Below are positions 28,668 through 45,226 of a stretch of DNA of 64,000 nt, piece by piece; position 1 is the first letter of the stretch, and each line of letters begins with the position of its first letter. The stretch is from Octopus vulgaris (lineage: Eukaryota): assembly GCA_951406725.2 (NCBI GenBank), contig OX597820.1, positions 86,676,001 to 86,740,000 on the forward strand. The letters run 5' to 3'. A program made the position numbers and the translations under genes. The notes beneath the pieces are model-generated. The model was not told where the DNA came from, made no database searches, and saw only the letters and a program-made list of their open reading frames with translations.

Positions 28668-29165
28668 CAGTGTTTCTTAACCAGGGTCCATATGAACACT
28701 GGAAGTTCATACAATATTTTATGGGTTCCACACTAGCAAAATAGTGGGATTCGATGTAATCGACTTAACCCCTTCCCCGAAATTGCTGGCTTTGTGCAAA
28801 ATTTGAAACCAACGTTAATCGGTATGTATTCTCTTTCTAATACACTCCAGTATCAGACACCACCCACAGACGTATTGTTTTCTCACTCGTTCCTACTGAT
28901 GATGCTACCACAGTAGTATTTTAAGGGCTCATGAAAACTTTTGCTTTAAATGTATGTATTACTAGAGACATCTAGGTTTCTTTCTCTGTCATATTACATG
29001 GTTCAACCAATACAAGAGAATGAGTGGATGACAAAATAGGTATTTTGAAAGAAGTATCTATAAAATTGGTTTTCAAACATCGAATGACTATGATGGCCTA
29101 CCAGAATAAAATAGTAAACAAAAGGGTCCATTGGTAAAAAAAAAAAAAAAGGCGGGTGGAATCAT
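28668..29165. mobile_element. hAT-like MITE related to 9783-10037, interrupted by a local duplication
   Basis: ctctagaa|cagtgtttcttaaccagggtccatatg..agggtccattggtaaaa. Confidence 0.5.
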
Positions 29166-30245
29166 TAAACACATAAGGTAGCAAATGCGTGACTAAATGA
29201 AGACTCCGTGGTTGCATTGCCGAGTATCTAAATAGGATGTTTATAATATATACATGTAATATTATTTTGATGACAATTCAGTGTTGCTGGTCATGTGATT
29301 GCGGTGTAACGATATACACACTTCTACGGTCGTGTTCAGTGGCACATCAATGAATAACTGTTGAACATCAAAGGAAACTATGATGCCTTTGTGTGTAAAT
29401 GTTCTAAGAATATTAATAAATTCCTATGTCAAATTTATCATAAAACTCTTCGCTATGTATAGTTTTATTATCAAGTCTAACTGCCTTGCTGTGTTGTACG
29501 TAACTGTATTTATTTTTCAAATGATCGGCCTAATGGGATAACCTTGCTTCTGCGTTTTTATGGTGCCATATATTTCTGTCGGTGTGTATCCAACTTCAAT
29601 AATTTAGTGCATCAGTACACTTATTATATCAAATTTCGTTGTTTGTTTTGTTTTTTTCGTGAGATCATAGGTTGTGTTTTTGAAAGGAAGAAATATAAAT
29701 GTATAATTTGTTTATGCAGCTTTGTGAAGTATAATGAACATATTTTACGTATATCCCTTATAATTGGCGATATTGTGGTTAGTGATAAGAGGTCATAGAA
29801 AACTGTCCAGAATTATTTCGTTAAAATAGAACTACTAATGGAATGACTTTTTTTTCTTTCTATTTTGTTTTAAGGTCCTTACACGTAAGAGTTCTTTTTA
29901 AGTTATTCTCTATATTTATATTGGTTTCGTATGCTTCGTTTTGGAATATTTCTAAACTCGGTTATGACTGTTGATGTTTGTATCAATCGGTTGTAGATGA
30001 TGACGATGATGATGATGATGATGACGACGACACCGATTATGACGATAACGATGAGGATGATGATGATGATGATAATGAGGTTGTCGATGACAACGATTTC
30101 GATGATGACAGAGATGTTGTTGTTTTACGAGCTACAGCTGTTCCGTCATAAACTTGTTGAGAACGCTATTAGATCGTAAAAGCCGGACAGGGAAGCAAGT
30201 CGATAGTTTTATCTCTGTAGTGATTTATCATGGCAGCCTTCGGAC

Positions 30246-30333
<88 letters not shown>

Positions 30334-30834
30334 CTGTTTGTGTGTTTGTGCGTGTTTGTGTGTGTGTGCGTCTGTGTGTCTGTGTCTGTGTGTTTATGTA
30401 TATGTATTTATCCGTGTGTGTGGTGAGTACGCGTGTGTGCGAGCATATATGTGCACTAAGTAATTATATATGTGTATCTTAGTGTGTGAGGGTATCTGGT
30501 TATGTGTACATATATGATGGTGCACATGTGCATATTTATTTGTGCATATCTGCATATGGATGTTCGCGTGCATATGTATGAATATGGGCGAAAATGTCTA
30601 TGTGCACGTGCATGTGTGTATGTAATAATATATCTCTAGTCTTTTAGTTCTCGAGGAATATTTCCGGTTGTTAACCAAATAGCATGCATGCATGTTTCTA
30701 TGTATGTATGTTTTTATGTACGTATGTAAGTATGCATGTATGTATGTGTATATGTATATATGGTGTGTATATATATATGGGGGGTACCTCTGTGGAGATT
30801 ATGTGAATGCATGTGTCTTGTGCATGTGTTTATG

Positions 30835-31620
<786 letters not shown>

Positions 31621-31747
31621 GTATGTAAATAATGCAATTTTTACTATACGTTTACTTCATGTACTATGTGGATAGATGTGTATCTAAATTCATGTTTTGT
31701 GTATGTTTAAACATATATATATATATATATATATACAAACACATAAA

Positions 31748-32122
31748 AATTAGGGAATGGAGAAGATAAAATACAGGCTACATATGTGTCATAGCTAGCA
31801 GAACCTCGGAAGTAGTAATTATCCAGACTAGGGGCAAATCATAAGCCACTCTTCAGGTCAAGGATACCTTGACTATATGAAGTTTACATCGTAGTCACGA
31901 GATCTCGTGTTAAATCAATGGGAATTCGATCGAAGTGCGATCGGATCCCCCCTGTGAATTAACATAGGATCTCCTAACGTAAATGTACACTTCATGTAGA
32001 TAAGTTATTCTTGGCCTGAAGAGTAGCTTGCGGTCTACGCCTCGTTTGGATAATTACTACTTCCGAGGTTCCGCTAATGAAACACATGTACCTTGGATTT
32101 TATCTGCTCCATTCCCTAATTT
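31748..32122. mobile_element. Diverged fold-back element with an HHR-like motif in each arm (31776-31859 minus; 32013-32092 plus)
   Basis: aattagggaatggagaagataaaatac vs gattttatctgctccattccctaatt; two-arm consensus GGC-CUGAAGA-GUAGC...GCUAU-GAA-ACAUAUGU-A-GCC. Confidence 0.7.
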
Positions 32123-32344
32123 GGGGATGTTTATTCGCATATACAACAACTCCAGTTGCTAACTGTGAATTATAAAATAAGCTTTATTCGACACCGGAAT
32201 AATTCACAGCTTACTATGCCAATAGACCACTATTGTTCCAGAAAGTTGTTTTTATAACTTCTACGGACTGTTCGAAGCTCAGTAACTTCCTGCACCTTGA
32301 TTCTTAGATCTTACCTTGACATGCCTATCTATTTATTTATTTCC

Positions 32345-32430
<86 letters not shown>

Positions 32431-32774
32431 TTTTACTTCCTTCGGTCATGAATGACTACGGGAATGCACCTAGAAAGTTACCCTCCGAGGCACAAGTCTG
32501 GGCACGGTGTTTATGGAAGACCAGCAGTCGCCCACTCATACCAGCCTCCCCTCTCCACGCCACCAGTGTTATCCAAGGGAAAGGCAAAGGCTGATACAGC
32601 TTGGCACCAGTGACGTCGCAGCTCATTTATTAACGTGCAAGTGGCTGACCACTCCACAGACACGTGTAGCCTTAACGTAGTTCACCACCCCCTGCCTGAG
32701 TCTCGTGGAGCTTTAGGTGTTTTCCCTCAATCAACACTCACAATACCCAAACCACTGGGTCATTGCGCCTCCAC

Positions 32775-32892
<118 letters not shown>

Positions 32893-33117
32893 GAAATATT
32901 AAAATTACTAAGTCTCTCTAAAAGAGAACACGGCAGCGTTCCTGGAAAATAATAGTTATCGCCATACTAATATGGCATTCTTATAAAAATAAGAATAAAG
33001 CTGTCCGCTTATTAGCTCCATGAGGCCATCGCCTTAAGTTAGCTATTTGATACACAAACTGTATCCATATAACCTTCGAACAAGGGAGGTCAGTCGCTCC
33101 ACACTACTTGACCGACA

Positions 33118-33159
33118 GCTACAGACGCGTTTCGGGGTATTGCCCCTTTTCAATGTAGC
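33118..33159 (-). ncRNA. Type I hammerhead ribozyme, U3-A8 core variant (left arm)
   Basis: Exact reverse complement of 33393-33434. Confidence 0.85.
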
Positions 33160-33392
33160 GTAGTCAGACCAGTAGGTGTCGCTTCTGACAATCTCTGTTC
33201 GAAGGTTTTATTTACCTTGTTTCGGTGGAATACATCCACTTGTTTTCAATAATAGAAATATTAAAATTACTAAGAGACTTAGTAATTTTAATATTTCTAT
33301 TATTGAAAACAAGTGGATGTATTCCACCGAAGCTAGGTAAATAAAACCTTCGAACAGAGATTGTCAGAAGCGACACCTACTGGTCTGACTAC

Positions 33393-33434
33393 GCTACATT
33401 GAAAAGGGGCAATACCCCGAAACGCGTCTGTAGC
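33393..33434 (+). ncRNA. Type I hammerhead ribozyme, U3-A8 core variant (right arm)
   Basis: GCUACA-UUGAAAA-GGGG-CAAUA-CCCC-GAAA-CGCG-U-C/UGUAGC; stem I extends via CUGAC/GUCGG and CUACU/AGUAG. Confidence 0.85.
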
Positions 33435-33625
33435 TGTCGGTCAAGTAGTGTGGAGCGACTGACCTCCCTTGTTCGAAGGTTATATGGATACAGTTTGTGT
33501 ATCAAATAGCTAACTTAAGGCGATGGCCTCATGGAGCTAATAAGCGGACAGCTTTATTCTTATTTTTATAAGAATGCCATATTAGTATGGCGATAACTAT
33601 TATATATATATATATATGTATATAC

Positions 33626-34455
33626 TAGCTGACGTACCCGGTAATTCCCGGGAAAGTAGGGTTTATACCTTGATTTCGTTCTCATAATTGTTTCGCTAAT
33701 CCAATAATAACAATACAAAGTATGTAGCCCTTAAAACGGCTTTTGTGCATTTACAGAGAATACCGAACTGCCTTATGCAGGATCTTATTGTTTAGGAATT
33801 CCCAATAAGTTATAAATACCCAAATTGTGAAGTCAGTTATGTAATAACACGGAATTAGTTACCCGATAGTAAGGATTCAAATAAAGTAGCCCCGAAAATG
33901 GCTTTAATGCGTTACCAGAGTATATAGAACATAGGAGGAAATACTAAGGTATGTATACTAAAATTATGATGCAAGTTACGTAATATCAGATTAATCAGAT
34001 ATGAGATAATAACAATTCAAAGTAAATAACTCTGAAAAGGGCTTTTGTGCGTTCCCAGAGAACATTACCCTCAGGGGCACTAGTATTGGTGTATTCATGA
34101 TTAAGTCAGTAACTGAAATAAGGGGATCTATCGTTTAGGAAAATACTATTCACTTGTTTATGGGTTGTATTGGATAAATTGCGAAAATAACCCTAACGAT
34201 TCAATAAGAAATAAGCATAATCAATTTTATTTTTACTAATTAATTTAGGAAAATTGGCTATATATAAGGATCCCTTCCAGGGACCCTATTATCGATTTTT
34301 TTTTTTCCAACAATCTGAGTATGGCATGCGGTTTCCAGACATAAGTTCTACTTACGTGTCAAGTTTCACCAAAATCGATAAAACGATCTAGGAGGAGTTA
34401 GCTAACAACTCCACAAACTCACCCACAGACAGAATTTCCCACATATGTAATATAT
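33626..34455 (-). mobile_element. Non-autonomous Helitron-like element
   Basis: aCTAGctgacgtacccggtaattcccggg (3' CTAG plus hairpin on minus strand); 5' part aagtttcaccaaaatcg..ggaggagtt..acagacaga resembles the 17289 element. Confidence 0.6.
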
Positions 34456-34459
34456 GTAC

Positions 34460-34496
<37 letters not shown>

Positions 34497-34806
34497 TTAT
34501 TCATATTATACAGAAAAAATAAAATGTATGAATAATATTTTGTCTAATGACTAATTCGTCTTTTGTGCTGGGCCACTGGTAGTAATCCATATTATTACCC
34601 TTTGTTTATATATATATATATATATATGTATTTTTACATACAAAACTTAAAGGACTGACCACTAAAAGTGGACGGTCAACATGCTAGATATAGACGTCAA
34701 ATCGCTATTTTCCACAAAGAATATGTTCTCAAATAAAAACCCAGCACAAACCAAACCATTAAAAATAAGCAAACCAAATAAAAATATACGAAATAAAAAT
34801 GATTAC

Positions 34807-34873
34807 CTATGCACCGATCAGTTTCGATTGTTATTATCCACGCATGTGGATACCTGCAATCTCATCAGCATAG
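34807..34873 (-). ncRNA. Type I hammerhead ribozyme, canonical core but G at position 17
   Basis: CUAUG-CUGAUGA-GAUUG..UAUCCAC-AUGC-GUGGAUA..CAAUC-GAA-ACUG-AU-CGGU-G-CAUAG. Confidence 0.75.
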
Positions 34874-35069
34874 TCTGTCATATAGAAATACAATTTGCAG
34901 GACTAGATACAAAATGTATATATATACATGAAATACAAATATATATACAAAATGTATATATATACATGAAATACAAAACATGCATATATGCTTACATACA
35001 AAAGGGTCTGACTTACACAGAATACAAATGATATTGAGAATTAAAGGGGATGAAGAAAAGTATTACAAA

Positions 35070-35160
35070 TCCAACGGCTTTTTCTGGGAGCTCGGTGGTC
35101 CAAAATAATGTTTGTTGATTGATTCCATAGTAGGATGAGACGAGCCTCCGTCTTCAGGGA
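35070..35160 (-). ncRNA. Degenerate HHR-like motif downstream of a Penelope GIY-YIG remnant
   Basis: UCC-CUGAAGA-CGGAGGCUCG...CGAGCUCCCA-GAAAAAGCCGU-U-GGA. Confidence 0.5.
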
Positions 35161-35705
35161 AGATATCTTTCATTTGAGGTGTTAAATGAAAGAAGCTCAA
35201 AGATGAAATGATTTTGTGGAGAGTTAAGTGTATTAGAGGAAGGAATTGGAGTGAAGCGTATTCAGATAGGGCATAGTGAGAGGAGAAAATAAATTTCAAG
35301 AGTGAAGGGTTAATAAGGAGGCTAGTAAGGAGTTATAGTAGTAGGGGTGGAAATTAGGAGGAAGAGAGGAGAGTGGTGTGTATTGTATGTGAATGGTAGT
35401 CTATTGTGTTAGTTTGTACGAAGAGTATAGAATTAATGGTTGAGACAGAGAGAAAAGGAATGACCGTTATTTGAGGGAAATAAGTTAGCTGGTTCGGTGG
35501 CTGAGAGAGATTACTTAGGTATGTAGAGAGGTATGAGAGAACATAGATGGGATGGAGAGAGTGGGACTGAGTTGATAGTCGATATACTAGGGGTTAGTGG
35601 GACAATGGAATTGGGTTAGCGTTGAAGTGGGGGTGCAATGGTATGCAGAGGTGTACGAAGTTGAATGCAGGGAAGTGAATAGTGAAGGGGTAGAGTTTGA
35701 CAGGC

Positions 35706-36000
35706 TAGCCGTATTTCGTCAGCCGTTACGTTCTGAGTTCAAATTCCGCCGAGGTCGACTTTGCCAAGGCGGCAAGCTGGCAGAAACGTTAGCACGCCTA
35801 GCGAAATGCGTAGCCGTATTTCGCCTGCCGTTACATTCTGAGTTCAAATTCCGCTGAGGTCGACTTTGCCTTTCATCCTTTCGGGGTCGATAAATTAAGT
35901 ACCAGTTACGCACTGGGGTCGATGTAATCGACTTAATCCGTTTGTCTGTCCTTGTTTGTCCCCTCTGTGTTTAACCCTTGTGGGTAATAAAGAAATAGGT
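35706..36000 (+). mobile_element. SINE family A (partial plus full copy) inserted in the Penelope remnant
   Basis: aaggcggcaagctggcagaaacgttagcacgcc..gtaataaagaaata. Confidence 0.85.
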
Positions 36001-37547
36001 TAGTATCCAAAGGAGTGGGGTAGAATTAAGTACTTTTGATAAGGAGGAGAAAAACGAGGTTACTTAAGAGGGTGGGATGGTTATGAAGGAAGTGGAAAAT
36101 AGTGGTTTAGAAGAATTTGGAAAGGTAAGTATGAGTAAAATTAATAGTGGGTAGTATTTGTTGAGGTTGCAAGGCTGACTTTGTTTTAGTTCAAGGTAAT
36201 TTTGAATACGGATATTTATTATTATGGGATTACATAGATTTAATAAAATGCGTGAATAATAAGTAGTACCTGTGTTTACATGACAACATTACATCTGAGA
36301 AGCTATTCAGTAGTGAGAGATTGTGGAGGCGAAGAACGGTTAACGATTCTCTTAAACATAATTTATATATACCGGTGTTTGCATTGTAAGGGGGATTTTC
36401 GCTTACTATGGACCAGGATAGAGTAAATGGAATATTTTGAGATTTAAGGTTGTGTATATAAGTTGCTAAGGAGGTTGATAATTTAGAATTTGGATTGGAG
36501 AAAGAGTTCATGTGTGCACGGTAGCGGCGCTTGGAATCAACTGTACAACTGATATATATATATCTTTGTTTGGTGGGAGCATGGTGTTATAACACGGCAC
36601 TTGTAGACTACATATTTACGTGCACTGAAGCCTCCAAGAGGGCATAGTTGAGAAATCCGACTACCAGCTCCGCGGTATCAGTGAAGGAGAACCCGAAGTA
36701 CTATCAGTATCAGTATTGGATTGGGAGGTGGTACGTATATTTAGCGGTCAAGCATGGCGAATAGTTAGAAAAAAGTTTGAAACAAGAGGTTGGAAGAAAG
36801 GGAGATAATAAAGTGGTGGTGATCCCAAACAAAGGTACGCGTGCGTGTGTGTGTATGTGAGAATGGTATGTGTGAATGTGTGTGTGTATGAGTGTATGTG
36901 TGTGCGCGCATGAATAAGGGCTAGTGATTTTGACGTGTGTGATATATATTTGTATGCAATGCATGTTTAAAATTCTTTTACATCGCCTACATAGATGTTC
37001 CGATTACAACTAGAGTTTAGTCAGTCTCAAGTGATGCTATAGAGTGCTTGACCATCACACACTCTTATTAGATAGTTATTGATACTATAGTGGGTTATTT
37101 TTCTCCTATCAGATTTCTTACAATCCTTCTTACTAGGCTATCCCAATGAATCGGTGGTCGGCGACAACCTGACTGCGATCACATTGGATTACATACTACC
37201 AATAGCGTTCATTTGTGACTTCATATACGCATGCATACACATAAATACAAATACACACATACAGACACATGCAAGCATATAAGTAATTATACATACAAGT
37301 ATACAGACGCATATATATACAAACATATATATATACACATGCATACATACGTACATACATAAATACATACATATCTGTACAGGCATACCCATGCACGCAC
37401 ACAAACACGCACGCACACACACACACATATATAAATGAATACATATGTCCATATATATGCATATACAAAATTAAAAATTAGTGCACATATATAGATACTT
37501 GTAAACACACACATACATATATGCATGTGTATGTGTATTTATAAACA

Positions 37548-37579
<32 letters not shown>

Positions 37580-38655
37580 CATACAAATATATAAACGGAA
37601 AATGGGTTTACATATATACATTTAAACACACGCGTTCACACACACACAATATGCATATATACGCACGCACTGTATGAGCAGTACCATCTTTACAGAAACA
37701 GCTATCAAAGGCAGTGAACCAACTTTCTCATCAGAGAAGATGGTGCCATTTACATGGACGCGAAGAAGACGCTCAGTTGCATTTGGTGTACTATAATAAA
37801 TAATATTTTGTTTCAATTAACTAAAAAGAAATTCTAGAAAGATAGGAAATTATGAAATTATGATTCTAGAGCAGATGAAGAAAAGAAACGGGAAAATTAG
37901 GTTTAGGTTATTATTTTTGTCGTATCTCAATGTTTGTGTACACAGAGTATTAAGATGCCGACTTAATATCTTTTCTCACGATAATTCAATCGAGATAAGA
38001 GCGTGCTTGCAAAAATAAGCATTGTAACCTAAGAGAAAACAAATTTTAGAAATAGAAGAAATTATGAATTTATCATTCTATCGTGTCGAATGTTTGTATA
38101 GACTGAGTATTATGATGGAGACACTGATCACTCCGTTATTAAGAAGAGACCAGAGAAGAAGTTCTAAACATTGGCTACCTCAAAAAATGGTTACTTTACA
38201 GTAACTGACGGCTGTTCAACTCCAAAGAAGTGATTAATGTAAAACGTAAAATGGGAAAAGCTACATTAAGGAATGTGCTGCTGAATCGTATTGCCTAATC
38301 TGAAAATAATGAGTACCAATCTAATATGGAGACCAATATAATCAAGTCTTCAGGAACCACCAACCCCTCTCTGAGTATCCCTGCCCTTCTGCCTATGTAA
38401 AAATCATTACATTTATTGTCCTTTTGCTTCTTACTATTATCTGCTATGAGTTTTGTTGTCCATCTACTTATTTATATAAACAAAGAAAATTTGGGGGTTG
38501 GTAGCTCAGTTGGTTAGGGACCCGGTTCTGGGAAACTGTAAATCGAGCATTCGAGTCTGCCTAAAGCATTTAACAACGCTTCGTTTTTAGACCTTTGCAT
38601 TTATCAAATAAAGCTAGCTTTCATGGATAGACAGACAGACAGACAGACAGACAGG

Positions 38656-39695
<1,040 letters not shown>

Positions 39696-39696
39696 T

Positions 39697-39832
<136 letters not shown>

Positions 39833-39887
39833 GCAGACAGAAATACACACATATATATATATATATATATACATGTATGTATGTATG

Positions 39888-39940
<53 letters not shown>

Positions 39941-39981
39941 AGAAAAAGCGAGAGCGAGGGAAAGCGGTTGTTTTATATATT

Positions 39982-41380
<1,399 letters not shown>

Positions 41381-41673
41381 ATATAGACATACACACACAT
41401 ACACACACACATACAACGATAAATTGATAGATACAACTCAGTGGGCAAACAAAAATATGAGACACAGACTAGTGCTTTTTTATGTTGATAAGCCTAGTAC
41501 TTAATCTATTAGTTTGTTCTTGTGAAACCAGTAAGTTATGTGGATGTAAATAAATGAACAGCAGTTGTGAAGCAGTGATGAGGGCGAAACACAGAGACAA
41601 AGACACACACATACACTTACATATATACATATATACATATATATACGAGTGGGGTCTACGAAATACATATATA

Positions 41674-44405
41674 TTGTTGTTGGCATCCTTTTTGTCTCGG
41701 GAGACAATGGAGTTGCGCATAAAATAATCTAGCCCGGCTTTTACATTTCATGTCCTAATACGTCTCCTGCTGTGGCTGTGTAGTCCTATCCTGGACAAAC
41801 ACTCCCGCTGGCAGGTGCCGCAAATGTAGCGAAGACATTGCCTGGCTGGTTGTAATGTCATACTTTCTTGTTGACGTCTTTTCTTGTCTTTCCATTTCTC
41901 CTTTCTCTCTATGTCACTCCTTTGTGTTCCCTCTTTTACGGTACGTCGCCAATCTCCACAGTTGCTGGCAACTGCTTCCCAGTTGGTAATATTGATGTTG
42001 CAGGCATCCATGTCCCTTTTGCAAACATCCTTGTATCGTAAAAACGGTCTTCCCACAGACCTAGTGCCCCTAGCAAGCTCTCCGTTGAGTATGTCCTTGG
42101 GGATTCTGCCATCTTCCATACAGCTAACATGTCCAAGCCATCTCATACGTCTTTGTGTGAGGAGTGCAAACATGCTTGGTATTCCTGCTTGCTTGAGGAC
42201 ATCTTTGTTTGGGACATGATTCTGCTATTTGATGCGGAGGATTTTCCGGAGGCAGCGCAGGTGAAAGATATTAAGGCGACGTATGGTGTCGTATGGCGTG
42301 TGTATGGCGTCCAAGTCTCACTTCTATTCAGTAGAGTGCTAAGTACACATGCCTGGTAAATCTTCATTTTTGTGGTCTTGGTCAGCTTATTGTCCCATGC
42401 CGGTTTGGTGAGTTGGGCCATCACAGCAGCTGCCTTGCCAATGCGTATATTGAGCTCAGCATCAAGGGATAGGTTGTAGGTGACGGTAGAGCCAAGATAA
42501 GTAAACTTCTCCACCTCCTGTACTCTGTGGCCTCCAATATGTATGTTTGGGATGTCCAATGTAGCCTGACCCATGATGTCGGTCTTCTTGAGTCTGATAA
42601 CTAAGCCAAAGTTGCCAAATGCTTGCTCAAAACAGTTGATGAGCCTTTGTAGGGCTTCTTCTGTGTGTGATACCAGAGCGGCATCATCAGCAAATAGCAT
42701 CTCCTTGATCAAGACGCTTCTGATTTTGGTCTTGGCACGCAGACGCGAGAGATTGAACAGTTTCCCATCACTTCTACTGTGCAGAAACACTCCATCATCT
42801 GATGTCTGAAAGGCATGTGAGAGCAGCAGCGAGAAGATGCCAAATAATGCAGGAGCAAGGACACAACCTTGCTTTACCCCATTTTTTATTTGGAAGGCGG
42901 CTGATGTTGAACCATTGTGCTGAATGGTGCCTTGCATATCAGCATGGAAAGATTTGATGATCCTCAGCAGCTTTGGTGGACATCCGATTTTTTGGAGCAG
43001 GATGAAAAGGCCTTTTCTACTTACCAAGTCAAAGTCCTTTGTCAGATCAATGAAGGCCATATATAATGGCATTTTCTGCTCTCTGGACTTCTCCTGAAGT
43101 TGGCGTATGGAGAATATCATGTCAATAGTTGATCTGCTTCTTCTAAAGCCACACTGCGATTCTGGATAAATTCGAGAAGCAGTTAGTTGCAGCCTGGACA
43201 GGATAAATGCGAGCAGAGGCCTTTCCAACAGTGCTTAGAAGAGATATTCCACGTTAATTGTTACAATCACCACGGTTACCTTTATTTTTGTAAACCGTAA
43301 TGATGTTAGCATCCCGCATATTCTGAGGGACTGTACCCTCTTCCCAGCACTGACACAGAAGCTCATGAATGTGCCGAAACAGGATGGTGTTTTTGCCAGT
43401 TTTGATGATCTCTAAGGGGATGCCGTCTTTTCCCGGAGCCTTGTTACTTGCTAGGGAGTCAATGGACTTGGTGAGCTCTGCTATAGATGGCAGACTGCCA
43501 AGTTCACACATGACCGGCAAGATCTTGACATCCTCAATTGCAGCATCAGCTACCGTGGTCTCTCGTGAGTAGAGATCCTGGAAGTATTCCATCCATGTAT
43601 CCATTTGCTTGATTTGGTCCTTGATGAGATCCCCAGTAGTTGATTTCAGAGGGGCTGACTTGGTTGCGGATGGACCGAGGGCCTTCTTCAAAACGGCATA
43701 CATCCCACGGGAGTCGCCACTGTCAGCAGATGAATGGATACTGTGACAGATTTCCTGCCAATACCTATTTGCACAGCGTCTGGCAGTCAGTTGGGTTTTA
43801 TTTCTTGCCTTTCTGAGTTCTCCGAGTGACTTTGTAGAAGAATCACTCTTGTATTGCATCTGAGCTGCACACTTTGCTTCAATAACTGTTTCCAGCTCTG
43901 AGAGCCCAGCACTGAACAAAATCTGGGTTTTGCTTTCTCTCATGCCGAAAGCATGTATTGATGTGGTATACAAAGCTTCCCTGATATAATTTCACCTACT
44001 TTTAGCAGAGGAGGTTGGGCAGCTACTGAGGGCAACCTTGATAGAAACAGCAAAACATTGTCGCAGTGTAGGGTCCGAGGTTCTGGCAGTGTTAATGCGT
44101 GGTCGGTCCATTTTCTTGGAGTGATGGACTTTTTTTAGGCAGAATCCTCACCCTGCATCTTATTAGTGAATGATCTGTGTCACAATCCACGCTGTGGTAA
44201 CTACGGTTCAGTTGAACAAAATTCAGAAAGAATCTTTGTGTAATGATGAGATCCAGCTGATGCCAGTGGTGAGATCTTGGATGTCTCCAAGACGCCTTGT
44301 TGGATGTCTTGTTGGCAAAGAATGTGTTGGTGATGCACAGGTTATGGTATGTGAAAAATTCAAGTAGCCTCTGACCATTGTCATTCATGTTGCCAATACC
44401 AAAAC
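41674..44405 (-). mobile_element. RTE-clade (BovB-like) LINE, 5'-truncated and frameshifted: partial APE endonuclease plus RT
   Basis: GNMNDNGQRLLEF..WRHPRSHHWHQLDLII..DCDTDHSL; KAPGKDGIP; PESQCGFRRSRSTIDMIF; GVKQGCVLAP; LFADDAAL; MRWLGHV..MEDGRIPKDILNGEL; C-terminal CxxC..H; 3' hairpin gtctcccgagac and (CAA)n tail. Confidence 0.95.
42143..43228 (-). pseudogene. RTE reverse transcriptase ORF fragment
   Basis: 361-aa ORF with RT motifs (FIDLTKDFDLV, GVKQG, FADD, FTYLGS). Confidence 0.9.
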
Positions 44406-44574
44406 ACATACACTTACATATATACATACATATATATACGATTGATTTATTTCAGTTCCTGTCCACGAAATCATTGTATATATATGTATGTATGTATACA
44501 CACACACACACATACAAAGATAGATTGATAGATACAACTGAGTGGGCAAACAAAAATGTGAGACACTGCGTAGT

Positions 44575-44900
44575 GCTTTTTTTAAATTTTGATAAGCCTG
44601 GTACTTATTCTATCAGTTTCTTTTTGTGAAACCAGTAAGTTATGGGGATATAAATAAACGAACACCAGTTGTGAAGCAGTGATGAGGGAGAAACACAAAG
44701 ACACACACATAGACTTACATATATTCATACATATACATACAATTGATTTCTTTCAGTTTCTGCCTACAAAATCCACTGACAAGGCTTCGGTTGGTCTGAG
44801 GCTATAGCAGAAGACACATGCAAAGTTACCACACATTGGGACTGAACTGAGGACCATGTGTTTTGGAACCAAGTTTGTTACCACACAGCCACACCTGCAC
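44575..44900 (-). mobile_element. SINE family C copy
   Basis: aagcctggtacttattctatc..ttcagtttctgcctacaaaatccact..gggactgaac..ccacacagccac. Confidence 0.7.
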
Positions 44901-45226
44901 CTATGTATGTGTGGGGGAATCGGTGTGCGTGTATGGGTGTATATATATGTATGCTTGTATATATGTGTATATATATATGTGTACATATTACATGTACATC
45001 TATATATATACATCTAAACATACATGTATATCTATAAAAATACATCTATACATATACAGCTATACATATACATGTATACATATACATCTAGAGATAGCAG
45101 TATTTGAGTACATAAATGTATATGTTGATATATAGTGATTTCGGGCTCAAACAGAAGAGCACAATATTTTGTGATGAGAAGTTAGTAGATAGAAAACGTG
45201 AGAAAACCTGTCAGATTTGTGTATGC

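Larger units (their letters stand above)
35000..36655 (-). mobile_element. Penelope-like element 3' remnant: GIY-YIG endonuclease (36230-36650) plus 3' UTR/pLTR
   Basis: CPLGG..VVYKCRV..TKIYI..KRRYRAHMNSF..STSLATYIHNLK..WSIV..PYN..KLCLRE..LLN..SCKHR matches the Penelope GIY-YIG pattern. Confidence 0.8.

Noticed and set aside
38495-38570. tRNA-like stretch (tagctcagttgg..attcgagtc)
   Set aside because: No convincing acceptor or anticodon stems; at most a decayed SINE head
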